Origin: an uncultured SAR86 cluster bacterium
GTDB lineage: Bacteria > Pseudomonadota > Gammaproteobacteria > Magnimaribacterales > D2472
Reading direction: 5' to 3'
Assembly: GCA_902623535.1 (NCBI GenBank)
Contig: CACNUA010000004.1
Coordinates: 2,112 to 66,111 of the forward strand
DNA: 64,000 nucleotides
A program made the translations under genes and the position numbers. Position 1 is the stretch's first letter. Each line of letters begins with the position of its first letter. A model generated the notes under the pieces. That model did no database searches. It was not told the origin of the DNA and saw only the letters and a list, made by a program, of their open reading frames with translations. Below, piece by piece: positions 10,228 through 19,813 of the stretch.

Positions 10228-10962
10228 ATGAGTGAGTTAAAGGATATGAGAGTGGTTATTACGGGTGCAAGTTCAGGCTTTGGTAGTGTTGCTGCTAAGC
10301 TTCTTGTTGATCATGGTTGTAAAGTTATCTTGGGTGCAAGAAGAGAAGACCGACTTAGAGAATTAGTAAAGGAGCTTGGGGATTCATCAGCTTATGAAAT
10401 AACAGATGTTAAGAAAAAAGAAGATCTTGATAGATTGGTACAAAAATCAATTGATACCTTTGGTGGTGTTGATGCAATTATCAATAATGCCGGCATTATG
10501 CCTTTGTCACTGATCTCAGCTGGAAGAACTGATGAATGGGACGAAATGATTGATGTAAATGTTAAGGGTGTTTTGTATGGAACAAATGCAGTCTATAAAC
10601 ATTTTATTGATCAAGGTAATGGAAAAATAATCAATATATCTTCAGTCGCTGGCAAACGAGTCATGCCAGGCAGTGCAGTATACTCTGGTACCAAATATGC
10701 AGTTAGGGCCATTTCTGAAGGTACTAGAATTGAATCCTCGGGAGTGATTCAGGTTACATGTATATATCCGGGGGCATTTAAAACTGAGCTTGCTGGAAGT
10801 ATCAAAGATGAATCAATGCTTGAGGCACTAATGAAGCGCGGTGTAGGAGAAGTTGCACAACCTGCAGAAAGAGTAGCTGATGCTATTAAGTATGCTCTAG
10901 AACAAGATCATGGTGTTGCAGTAAATGAGATAGTTATAAGGCCAACTGCTCAGGATGCTTGA
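10228..10962 (+). CDS. Short-chain dehydrogenase/reductase (YdfG-like, probably NADP-dependent)
   Basis: TGASSGFG, ARREDRL, NNAGIM, YSGTK, NEIVIRPTAQ. Confidence 0.92.
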   Translation: MSELKDMRVVITGASSGFGSVAAKLLVDHGCKVILGARREDRLRELVKELGDSSAYEITDVKKKEDLDRLVQKSIDTFGGVDAIINNAGIMPLSLISAGRTDEWDEMIDVNVKGVLYGTNAVYKHFIDQGNGKIINISSVAGKRVMPGSAVYSGTKYAVRAISEGTRIESSGVIQVTCIYPGAFKTELAGSIKDESMLEALMKRGVGEVAQPAERVADAIKYALEQDHGVAVNEIVIRPTAQDA

Positions 10963-12548
10963 TTTCGCTCGATCATATCAGCGCATTTAACTCCAATCAC
11001 ATTGCTGATTGCATTAGTATTTCCTGATATTAATTGAGGCAGTATTGATGCATCAGCAACTCTTAATCCCTCAACACCATGAACCCTTAGTTCAGGATCT
11101 ACTACTGAGGTTGAATCTAATCCCATTTTGCATGTTCCAACAGGATGATATACAGATAGAGCAGTAGCTTTTAAGAATTTTTCAAGTTCAACATCATTTG
11201 TTATTTCAATGCCAGGGGCTATTTCCTTTGCATTTATATTATTCATCACCGTGGTTTTAAAGAACCTTCTTACAATTTTCATTCCTTGAAGTAGAATTTC
11301 TGTATCTCTTGAATCATTCAGATACCCATAATCAATTATTGGATCATCTTCATGATTAGATGTTTGAAGTTTTACCGAGCCTCTACTGAAAGGCCTTAAT
11401 TGACAAACTGATGCTGTAATCCCTGAGATAGGGCGCATCTTCCCATCTTTATGATATTGACCAGCACCGGGCGCAAAGTGTATTTGAAAATCTGGATTTT
11501 GAGAATTTTCATTAAGCTTAAAGAATACTCCAACATCTGCGGCTGCGTAGGAAAATAAGCTGGGTTTATTTCTGTAATAATTAATTAAATGCTTAATGAC
11601 ATTTAAGCCCCTGAGCTCTTCATAAAACGTATTGTGCCCTTCAACTGTAGCAGAGATATTTACTGTTAAATGATCTTGTAGATTTTTACCAATATTTTTG
11701 TTAATAATGTTTGTTTTTATTCCTAGTTTATTTAATTCATCAGGATCTCCAATCCCAGAAAGATTCAATATTTTTGGACTATTAATTGAGCCGGCAGAAA
11801 GAATGATTTCAGCATCGCACATAGCAGTATGACGTTTTCCATTAATTGAATAGATAACTCCAATTGCTTTATTCCCACTAATTACTATTTTAAAGACATG
11901 AGCATGATTAAGTATTTCAAGATTTTGTCGCTCTCTAACAGGTTTTAAAAATGCATCTGATGAGCTAAATCTTTTTCCTGATTTGATATTAACTTGATAA
12001 AAACCAACTCCTTCTTGATCTGCTCCATTAAAGTCATTTGTTTCTTTAATGCCTGTTTCTTTTACTGCTTCAATAAAATGCTTTGAAATTGGTAAAGTAT
12101 AGTTAGGTTTATCAACCCAAACGTCTCCAAAATTTCCATGGAATTGATTGGTAATTTCTTGATTATTTTCTATTGATCTAAATAGCGGCAATAATTCCGA
12201 ATAACTCCATCCATAACAACCCTTGTTTGCAATTTGATCATAATCATCAGCCTGGCCTCGAATATAAATCATTCCATTGGTTGAGCTTGATCCGCCCAAA
12301 GTTTTTCCTCTAGGAGAATTGATTGTTCTATTATGCAGATGTTGTTGTTTTGAAGATTCGTACCCCCAACCAAATTTTTTATCTTTAAATAAGCTGCTAG
12401 CCCCCAAGGGCATGCTGATTTTTGAACTTTTATCAGGAGGTCCCGCTTCAAGCAGCAGAACATTAGAATTAGGATTTTCTGACAAGCGGTTTGCTAATGC
12501 ACAGCCTGCACTTCCTGCACCTATGATGATATATTTATATCTATTCAT
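10950..12548 (-). CDS. GMC family oxidoreductase (choline or alcohol dehydrogenase-like)
   Basis: IIGAGSAGC, RGKTLGGSSSTNGMIYIRG, NLQDH, YHPVGTCKMG, LRVADAS, GNTNA. Confidence 0.94.
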   Translation of the reverse strand: MNRYKYIIIGAGSAGCALANRLSENPNSNVLLLEAGPPDKSSKISMPLGASSLFKDKKFGWGYESSKQQHLHNRTINSPRGKTLGGSSSTNGMIYIRGQADDYDQIANKGCYGWSYSELLPLFRSIENNQEITNQFHGNFGDVWVDKPNYTLPISKHFIEAVKETGIKETNDFNGADQEGVGFYQVNIKSGKRFSSSDAFLKPVRERQNLEILNHAHVFKIVISGNKAIGVIYSINGKRHTAMCDAEIILSAGSINSPKILNLSGIGDPDELNKLGIKTNIINKNIGKNLQDHLTVNISATVEGHNTFYEELRGLNVIKHLINYYRNKPSLFSYAAADVGVFFKLNENSQNPDFQIHFAPGAGQYHKDGKMRPISGITASVCQLRPFSRGSVKLQTSNHEDDPIIDYGYLNDSRDTEILLQGMKIVRRFFKTTVMNNINAKEIAPGIEITNDVELEKFLKATALSVYHPVGTCKMGLDSTSVVDPELRVHGVEGLRVADASILPQLISGNTNAISNVIGVKCADMIERNQAS

Positions 12549-12561
12549 TTGGAGATACTTG

Positions 12562-13251
12562 ATGCGTCAAATCATAGCAATCGGAGGCGGTGGTTTTGGA
12601 AGAACTACACAAGAAAATCATATTGAACAGTATATTTTAGATCAGTCTTCGAAATCCAACCCAAACATTTTATTTATTCCTACTGCTAGTGCAGAGCCAC
12701 CTGACTACATTGAAAATTTTTATAAAGTTTTCAATGAACTTGAATGTCATCCTAGTCATCTCTCATTATTTAAAAGAACTCCAAATTTAAAGAAGTTATT
12801 TGCTGAACAAGATGTTTTTTTTGTTGGCGGAGGAAATACTAAGAGTATGTTAGCTGTATGGAGAGAGTGGGGGATAGATGAATTACTCCATAACGCTTAC
12901 CAAGAAGGAAAGATCATGTCGGGTGTCAGTGCTGGTGCTATTTGCTGGTTTGAAAAAGGTGTTACTGATTCATGGGATGACGAATTAAGACTTTTAGATT
13001 GCCTTGGAATTATCAAAGGAAATTGTTGCCCTCATTATGATGAAGAGCCAGATAGAATACCCTATACGAATAAATTTCTTAAGGAAGGACTGATCGACTC
13101 AATTCATTGCATTGAAGGTGGATCAGCACTTCATTTTGTTGATGAGTTAGTTAAGCACAATGTTAGTTTTCATAAATCTAAGAATTCATATAATGTCTCA
13201 ATTAAAGACAATCAAATATTGACTAAAGCATATTCATCCATATCTATATGA
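12562..13251 (+). CDS. Peptidase E (S51 family); start corrected from 12277 to 12562
   Basis: MRQIIAIGGGG, FIPTAS, VGGGNT, GVSAGA, CPHY; GGAG Shine-Dalgarno upstream of 12562. Confidence 0.88.
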   Translation: MRQIIAIGGGGFGRTTQENHIEQYILDQSSKSNPNILFIPTASAEPPDYIENFYKVFNELECHPSHLSLFKRTPNLKKLFAEQDVFFVGGGNTKSMLAVWREWGIDELLHNAYQEGKIMSGVSAGAICWFEKGVTDSWDDELRLLDCLGIIKGNCCPHYDEEPDRIPYTNKFLKEGLIDSIHCIEGGSALHFVDELVKHNVSFHKSKNSYNVSIKDNQILTKAYSSISI

Positions 13252-13252
13252 A

Positions 13253-13687
13253 ATGAAGCTTTTGTTTAGATTTATTAATCCAATTGTAAGATTAATTCTT
13301 AAATCACCTATTCATTTTTTGATCAGTCATCAGATTCTTTTATTTAGGGTTGTTGGTAGGAGATCTAAAAAAATATTTGAAATTCCAGCAAGTTTTGCCC
13401 ACATCAATAACTCTCTTGTATGTGTAACTTTAAGAGAAAATCTATGGTGGAAAAATTTTAAAGACATTGAAACTCAAGAGATTTACTTTAAAGGAAAAAA
13501 AATCAATAAAAACATATCTATTAATTTCACTGATAATGCTTTTGTAAGAGATAAATTAAAAGAGCTGATTGAACATAATCCCATAGATGCATTTTTTGCG
13601 GGTGTAAAGTTAGATAAAAATAAAGTCCCTAATTCAGCTGATCTTGATAAAGCAGCAGAATTACATACAGTAATTATTTTGACTTAG
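13253..13687 (+). CDS. Hypothetical protein resembling the deazaflavin-dependent nitroreductase (DUF385-like) split-barrel family
   Basis: NPIVRLILKSPIH, VGRRSKK..IP, WWKNF pattern. Confidence 0.55.
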   Translation: MKLLFRFINPIVRLILKSPIHFLISHQILLFRVVGRRSKKIFEIPASFAHINNSLVCVTLRENLWWKNFKDIETQEIYFKGKKINKNISINFTDNAFVRDKLKELIEHNPIDAFFAGVKLDKNKVPNSADLDKAAELHTVIILT

Positions 13688-13699
13688 ATTTGCTAATAT

Positions 13700-14068
13700 C
13701 TATTTAATAATTTTTATCTGACTTTCATTAAAGATAAAAATTTGTGGCCGTCCTCGGTATGTTTCTATGTAACCTTCCATACATATATTTTTATTTTTAA
13801 GCTCTTTATCGGGTCGATAGGTAAAGTTTTGTTTATATTGCTTATACCATGTCACCCCAGCAACATGTTGATTGGGATAGGAGCCACCCATATTTAAAAA
13901 CATCACTCCCTGCTTAGTATCTCGAAGGTATCTTGTAGAAAAAATTTTTCCGCACACCAATTGATTGGTGCCAATATATTTTTCAACATCAACAGAATTA
14001 ATTTGATTATTTTGAGCATTTATTTGTAGAACTAAGAACAGTAAAATAGAGCTAAAGATATATTTCAT
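13700..14068 (-). CDS. Secreted small OB-fold (nucleic-acid-binding-like) protein
   Basis: Signal peptide; YIG...VCGKI.STRY...FLNMG..YPNQ...K.IC..G.I..YRGRPQI...SQI pattern with a Cys pair. Confidence 0.6.
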   Translation of the reverse strand: MKYIFSSILLFLVLQINAQNNQINSVDVEKYIGTNQLVCGKIFSTRYLRDTKQGVMFLNMGGSYPNQHVAGVTWYKQYKQNFTYRPDKELKNKNICMEGYIETYRGRPQIFIFNESQIKIIK

Positions 14069-14080
14069 CTAACTAATATA

Positions 14081-14665
14081 ATGAGAATTTCAAAATATTT
14101 CATCATCTTCTTGTCTATCAACATTTCATTGCATGGTGAAGAAATAATTTGCGAATTAAAAGGCACTTATGAGACCACCTATTCAATACCAAGTAGAAAC
14201 TACCTACAAGACATAGGAGATGCTCTAAAAAACTTCACAGCTGGACCGTACACACCATTCTTAGTTGATAAGGCTAAAGCTAACATATCTGATAAATGGG
14301 ATAGAGAAGATTTCTTTGTTAATCAATATTGGAGTAAAGATGAAATCACCGGAGAACTTTCTCTTATTGATTATGAAGTCGATCCTGCTATAACTTGGTT
14401 ATTAGACGAATCAAATAAAGAGCTTGTTGAATCAGAGCGAACTATTTCACTTGAAGAGTCTTATACTCCAAACTCTCCCCATCCCAATCTTGACGAATAT
14501 GTTATCGATTACTACAAAATTATAAATTCATTGAATTTATTTACTGGTAAAGGTCGGATTGAGGGTAATATTTTTATGAGCGGTAAAGAAATTAAAAATT
14601 TAAAAAGCCCAAAGGTTTCATTTCTTGCTCGAGGCCAATGCGGTCCTGCTAAAAAGAAGTACTAA
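14081..14665 (+). CDS. Hypothetical secreted protein
   Basis: 194-aa ORF with N-terminal signal-like segment and one Cys near each end; no recognised family. Confidence 0.6.
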   Translation: MRISKYFIIFLSINISLHGEEIICELKGTYETTYSIPSRNYLQDIGDALKNFTAGPYTPFLVDKAKANISDKWDREDFFVNQYWSKDEITGELSLIDYEVDPAITWLLDESNKELVESERTISLEESYTPNSPHPNLDEYVIDYYKIINSLNLFTGKGRIEGNIFMSGKEIKNLKSPKVSFLARGQCGPAKKKY

Positions 14666-14709
14666 TTTAAAAATTTCGTTAATTTCTTAACTTATATTAA
14701 TATTTAACT

Positions 14710-15057
14710 ATGTTTCGCATAGTTGAAGATGCAATTTTAATAACTATAGCTATTTTAACTGTAGCAGCCGTTATATTTGAGCTTATAGTAGTTTTTGATA
14801 ATCAAACTGTTGGCCTTGCGGATTTATTGCTTATGTTTATCTACGCTGAGGTTTTTGGAATGGTTGCTGTCTATTTCAAAAGTCATGAAATACCTGTAAT
14901 TTATCCTTTATTTATTGCTATTACTGCTCTTGCAAGGTTAATAGTCCTTCAGGGTAAAGATTCCCAACCTGAGCAGTTAATCTTTGAGGCAGCCTCAATA
15001 CTTTTATTAAGTATCGCTGCTGTTGTGTTAAAAAATATTAAAATCAGACTTCCTTAG
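14710..15057 (+). CDS. psiE: Phosphate-starvation-inducible PsiE family membrane protein
   Basis: LADLLLMFIYAEVFGMV, IPVIYPLFIAITALARLIVL. Confidence 0.85.
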   Translation: MFRIVEDAILITIAILTVAAVIFELIVVFDNQTVGLADLLLMFIYAEVFGMVAVYFKSHEIPVIYPLFIAITALARLIVLQGKDSQPEQLIFEAASILLLSIAAVVLKNIKIRLP

Positions 15058-15065
15058 GAGAAATT

Positions 15066-15608
15066 ATGTTTACAAGAATGGATCAGAGCACCAAAGAGGA
15101 ATGGGATCATATTTATAATGAACATCTACCGCATGTCTTTGACATGCCAAAAAGAATAATTTCTATGCTTGAACAACTTGAAGGTGTATCCCTTGGATTT
15201 GGTACTGATCAACTTCATCATGCCCTGCAAACTGCAACCATGGCACGAAGAGCTAATGCACCGGATGAAATGATCTTGATCAGTCTCATCCATGATATTG
15301 GTAAAGTTATCAATGTACCCAATCATGGCCAGATTTGTGCTGAAATAATTAAACCTTATGTTTCAGATGATGCCTATCATATTATTCGAACGCATCAGGA
15401 TTTTCAGGGTGAGCATTATTATCATTATCAAGGAAAACCCAGAGATTTAAGGAAGCAATATAAAGATGAGTCTTGGTATGAGAAAGCCGAAGAGTTTACT
15501 GATAAATGGGATCAAGCTGCCTTTGATCCAAATTATGAAGTAGATTCACTTGATTCATTTAAGCCATTAATTAAGAAGTTCTTTGAAGTTCCACAGAAAC
15601 TTATTTAG
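15066..15608 (+). CDS. HD-domain metalloprotein, PhnZ/TmpB-like subgroup
   Basis: QLHHALQTA, LIHDIG, NHG, THQDFQ..YY, WDQAAFDP. Confidence 0.8.
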   Translation: MFTRMDQSTKEEWDHIYNEHLPHVFDMPKRIISMLEQLEGVSLGFGTDQLHHALQTATMARRANAPDEMILISLIHDIGKVINVPNHGQICAEIIKPYVSDDAYHIIRTHQDFQGEHYYHYQGKPRDLRKQYKDESWYEKAEEFTDKWDQAAFDPNYEVDSLDSFKPLIKKFFEVPQKLI

Positions 15609-15954
15609 TACTCTACTTGTATCTTCTCTGCTTTTTTTAGGAGGATGTGTATCCTATAAATATCAACCTAATAACTTATTTAAGCTTAGTGACGTTGATA
15701 TTTGTTACCAACTTGCCTATAACTTTAATAAGCTTTCTTTTAAATCAAGAGAAGTTCTCTTTAACGAACTAATACTAAGAAATATAAATTGTGTTGATCT
15801 TGCAGAACTTATTATTGAAAAAGAAAATAATTATCTTTCAAAAGAAGGATATCCAAATGGATATTTTCCAGAACCTGGTGAGGGTACAAGCATGCCCTCA
15901 GATTTTAGGAAAATAAATTTTACCAATATGGCAGGCAGTCATGGAAATAAATAA
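15583..15954 (+). CDS. Hypothetical lipoprotein
   Basis: Lipobox LGGC after a hydrophobic stretch; LSDVDIC...ELILRNINC. Confidence 0.6.
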   Translation: MKFHRNLFSTLLVSSLLFLGGCVSYKYQPNNLFKLSDVDICYQLAYNFNKLSFKSREVLFNELILRNINCVDLAELIIEKENNYLSKEGYPNGYFPEPGEGTSMPSDFRKINFTNMAGSHGNK

Positions 15955-15974
15955 AATTAATAAAAGGAGTAATT

Positions 15975-16340
15975 ATGATTGAACACTTAATTTATGCATG
16001 CATTCTAGTATTAATTCAGGCCTGGATTTTACCAGCAGCCTTTAATACAAAAAATATGCAGTGGATGCTATCGAATAGGGATGCAAAACCCGATACAACC
16101 CTGTATTACGATAGATCAAAAAAGGCTTTTGCAAATCTCCAAGAATCAATTCCTGTTTTCTTTTTACTTGGATTGCTTGGGGTAATTACAAGTACAGATT
16201 TATCTTACCTAATGATGTATTGGCTTATCTTTAGAGTTATACATGTATTTTCTTATGTTGCAGGCATTGCTTTACTGAGAAGTCTTTCGTTTATAGCTTC
16301 GGTGATTGTGTTGTTCATGATGGCCGGTGCGTTAATCTAG
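15975..16340 (+). CDS. MAPEG family membrane protein
   Basis: RSKKAFANLQESIPVF, FRVIH..Y..GI..LRS; AGGAG Shine-Dalgarno. Confidence 0.85.
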   Translation: MIEHLIYACILVLIQAWILPAAFNTKNMQWMLSNRDAKPDTTLYYDRSKKAFANLQESIPVFFLLGLLGVITSTDLSYLMMYWLIFRVIHVFSYVAGIALLRSLSFIASVIVLFMMAGALI

Positions 16341-16446
16341 GCAAGATTGTTAACATAGCTAAAACTAGTTTGTATAAATTGCCTAGTGGTATTTTTTTAT
16401 ATAGCTAATATGATGTATTTAAACAAATAATTTCTGAGGATTTATT

Positions 16447-17562
16447 ATGTTACAACTCACATCCACTATTACTGAAAACGCCACAATTGAAATTGGACTT
16501 CGTGATATTGAGATTCCAAAGCCGGGTGCGGATGAGGTTCTCATTGAAGTTCAAGCCTCACCAATCAACCCATCTGATTTAGGTACTCTGGTCGGTGCAG
16601 GTGATTTAACATCTATCCGCGTTGAAGGTGAGGCCGATCAAGCAAAAGTCATTATGGATATCCCTGAGTCAGTAATGTGGGCTATGAAACCAAGAATTGG
16701 TAAACCACTTCCTGTTGGTAATGAAGGCTCAGGTATTGTTACAGAGGCTGGTGAAAATGCTAAACATTTAATTGGCAAAGTTGTATCTGCAGTTGGTGGA
16801 GGTATGTATGCTCAATATAGGGTATTACCAGCGATGGCATGTATTGAAATGCCAGATGACATTGAACCAAAAGATTGCGCATCAAGTTTTGTTAATCCAC
16901 TTACAGCATTAGGAATGGTTGACACAATGAAAAGTGAAGGCCACTCAGCTTTAATTCATACTGCTGCGGCATCTAATCTAGGGCAAATGCTAGTAAAGAT
17001 CTGTTTGGCAGATAATATTCCTTTGATCAATATCGTTAGAAAATCTGAGCAAGTTGATTTATTAAAGTCACTCGGTGCTCAGCATGTCTGTAATTCATCC
17101 GATGATAATTTTAAAGATTCACTGGTTGATGCAATTAAAGCTACTAATGCAACTCTTGCTTTTGATGCAACAGGCGGTGGTGAACTAAGTGGGAGAATAC
17201 TTTCATGTATGGAAATAGCCTTACGTGCCAATATGAAGGAATTTAGTCCTTATGGCTCAACTCAACATAAACAGGTTTATATTTATGGAGCCTTGAACCA
17301 AAGCGGAATCTCTTTACCAAATAATCGTTCATTCGGAATGTACTGGGGTATTGGAGGATGGTTGTTAACTCCATTTCTTGAAAATGCAGGAATGGAAAAA
17401 AACATCGCGCTTAGGCAGAGGGTTTCTTCTGAGATCAAAACCACTTTCACTAGTTCTTACACAAAAGAAATTTCTTTGGCTCAAGCATTATCCCTTGATG
17501 AGATGATGGTCTATGGTTCAATTGCTACCGGTAAGAAGTACCTGATAAATCCTAGTCTATAA
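16447..17562 (+). CDS. MDR family NAD(P)H oxidoreductase (enoyl or quinone reductase-like)
   Basis: ASPINPSDLG, GNEGSG, SFVNPLTALGM, HTAAASNLG, FDATGGG. Confidence 0.9.
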   Translation: MLQLTSTITENATIEIGLRDIEIPKPGADEVLIEVQASPINPSDLGTLVGAGDLTSIRVEGEADQAKVIMDIPESVMWAMKPRIGKPLPVGNEGSGIVTEAGENAKHLIGKVVSAVGGGMYAQYRVLPAMACIEMPDDIEPKDCASSFVNPLTALGMVDTMKSEGHSALIHTAAASNLGQMLVKICLADNIPLINIVRKSEQVDLLKSLGAQHVCNSSDDNFKDSLVDAIKATNATLAFDATGGGELSGRILSCMEIALRANMKEFSPYGSTQHKQVYIYGALNQSGISLPNNRSFGMYWGIGGWLLTPFLENAGMEKNIALRQRVSSEIKTTFTSSYTKEISLAQALSLDEMMVYGSIATGKKYLINPSL

Positions 17563-19071
17563 ATGAATGAACGTTCAGACTACAGTTCTTTTATTGAACG
17601 TTTAAAAAAAAGTGAAGATGAGTTTAGGACTGAATCTACTCAAAAACGTCATGCAAATAATTTTAGAACTGCAAGGGAAAACCTTAACCATTTAGTTGAT
17701 CAAGATACATTCTTAGAATTCGGTCAATTTGCAGTTGCCGCACAAAGATCAAGACGAGAATCAGATGAGCTTATTCTTGATACTAGTGCAGATGGCATTA
17801 TTACAGGTTTCTGTAATATTAATTCTGATATTCACTCTAAAGATTTAACGAATGCAGTTGCCATTATTTATGATTACTCGGTACTGGCAGGGACTCAAGG
17901 TTTTTTTCATCATCAAAAGCTTGATCGAATCTGCGACAAGGCAAAAGAATATAACTTACCGATAGTTATTTTTACTGAAGGAGGAGGAGGACGCCCAGGC
18001 GACGTCGATGTCTTGACTCAAATCGCAGGCCTACATGTTCCAAGTTTTGCAAATTGGGCATCTTTAAGAGGAACTTGCCTAAGAATTGCAATTACCAATG
18101 GATATTGTTTTGCAGGAAATGCTGCTTTATACGGTTCAAGTGATATCAGAATTGCAACCAAAGGCTCAAATATTGGTATGGCTGGACCAGCCATGATTGA
18201 AGGTGGAGGTCTTGGTAAATTTTCTCCTAAAGATGTTGGACCGGTTGAAGACCAATTTAAAAATGGAGTGGTTGATATCTTAGTTGATAATGAGGAAGCA
18301 GCTACTCAAACAGCTAAATCTTTATTATCTTATTTCCAAGGACCTCTTTTAGAATTTGATGTTAACGATCAAAGCAAGCTTAAATCAATATTGCCTGATG
18401 ATCGAAGGTACACCTATGAGATTCGAGTTCTCATCGAAATACTTGTAGATAAACTTTCTTTCATTGAACTGAAAAGAAATTACGGCCAAAGTATTGTAAC
18501 TGGATTTGCTCGCATAGAAGGGCAGACTTTTGGGGTGCTTGCATCTGATTGCAAGTTCTTAGGAGGAGCCATTGATTCGGAGGCTGCTGACAAAGCAGCT
18601 CAGTTTTTTGATTTATGTAATGATCATGGAATCAATATGATTTCTCTTATTGATACTCCGGGTTTTATGGTGGGTCCTGATAGTGAAGAGGAAGGCGCAG
18701 TAAGAAGAATGTCAAAATTATTTGAATCAAGTTCAAAGTTTGAAAACTCCTTAATTGCTATCTTTATCCGAAAAGCTTATGGCTTAGGTGCACAGGCTAT
18801 TGTGGGCGGTAGTCTTCATCGCCCCACCTTTTCATGCGCTTGGCCATCAGGTGAATTCGGTGGAATGGGTATTGAAGGCGCAGTTAAACTTGGTTATCGA
18901 AAGGAGCTTGAGGCAATCGATGATGCTGAAGAAAGAAAAAACCTCTTTAATAAATTAGTTGAGAAAATGTATGAAGCAGGTCAAGCAATTCAGGCAGCTA
19001 CATTTCTAGAAATTGATGCAGTAATTGACCCTGCAAAATCAAGAGAAATCATTTTAAAAGCAATTAAATAA
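17563..19071 (+). CDS. Acyl-CoA carboxylase, carboxyltransferase subunit
   Basis: ADGIITG, DYSVLAGTQG, EGGGGRPGD, GMAGPAMIEGG, DTPGFMVG, RKAYGLGA. Confidence 0.92.
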   Translation: MNERSDYSSFIERLKKSEDEFRTESTQKRHANNFRTARENLNHLVDQDTFLEFGQFAVAAQRSRRESDELILDTSADGIITGFCNINSDIHSKDLTNAVAIIYDYSVLAGTQGFFHHQKLDRICDKAKEYNLPIVIFTEGGGGRPGDVDVLTQIAGLHVPSFANWASLRGTCLRIAITNGYCFAGNAALYGSSDIRIATKGSNIGMAGPAMIEGGGLGKFSPKDVGPVEDQFKNGVVDILVDNEEAATQTAKSLLSYFQGPLLEFDVNDQSKLKSILPDDRRYTYEIRVLIEILVDKLSFIELKRNYGQSIVTGFARIEGQTFGVLASDCKFLGGAIDSEAADKAAQFFDLCNDHGINMISLIDTPGFMVGPDSEEEGAVRRMSKLFESSSKFENSLIAIFIRKAYGLGAQAIVGGSLHRPTFSCAWPSGEFGGMGIEGAVKLGYRKELEAIDDAEERKNLFNKLVEKMYEAGQAIQAATFLEIDAVIDPAKSREIILKAIK

Positions 19072-19258
19072 ATGGGACGAAAGGTATATTACAACCTGAC
19101 AAAGTCATGATTAGAAAAAAGAATATTAAATTTAAAGATACAACTTATTTTGTTAGCTAAAATCTCAATATATATTATTCCTCTATGAAATTATTTATTC
19201 TTTTATAATTTTTTTATTCTCAGGTGATTTATATATTACTTTAAGCTAGAATTGCGCG

Positions 19259-19810
19259 ATGTCAGATCCATATAATTTAAAAGAATACATAAGAACAGTT
19301 GATGATTTCCCGATTGACGGCATTAAGTTTAGGGATATTACAAGTTTAATTGAAACACCTGATGCATTTATTAAAACATGCAATGCAATGGATGAATTAA
19401 CTAAGGCTTTTAATCCTTCGGTTGTTGTTAGCATTGAAAGTAGGGGATTTATCTTTGCAGGATCAATTTCAAAAGATTTGGCGCTTCCGTTTGTGCTTGC
19501 TCGAAAACCAGGCAAGTTACCTAATGAATCATATTCAAAGGAATTCGATTTAGAGTACGGCAGAACATCAATAGAAATTCAAAAGAATACATCAATCACG
19601 AGCAAAGATAGGGTAGTAATCATTGATGATTTGGTTGCAACTGGAGGTACCGCTATGGCTTGTGCGGAGTTACTCACCGAAAATTTTGGTGTTCTGAATG
19701 AAAATATTTTAGTTCTTGCTGTAATAGATCTACCTGATCTTGGTGGAAGCAAGTTAATTGCTGATCAAGGATATAGTGTAGAAACATTAGTTGGATACTC
19801 TGATTCTTAA
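19259..19810 (+). CDS. apt: Adenine phosphoribosyltransferase
   Basis: DFPIDGIKFRDI, IESRGF, RKPGKLP, LEYG, IDDLVATGGT. Confidence 0.96.
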   Translation: MSDPYNLKEYIRTVDDFPIDGIKFRDITSLIETPDAFIKTCNAMDELTKAFNPSVVVSIESRGFIFAGSISKDLALPFVLARKPGKLPNESYSKEFDLEYGRTSIEIQKNTSITSKDRVVIIDDLVATGGTAMACAELLTENFGVLNENILVLAVIDLPDLGGSKLIADQGYSVETLVGYSDS

Positions 19811-19813
19811 GAA

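Noticed and set aside
12277-12561. 95-aa N-terminal extension of peptidase E in the ORF track
   Set aside because: It is antisense to the GMC oxidoreductase 5' end. Family similarity and an SD begin at 12562.
19072-19258. Purine riboswitch upstream of apt
   Set aside because: The conserved aptamer core (e.g. TTTCTACC and the loop-loop motifs) is absent, and apt looks leaderless.
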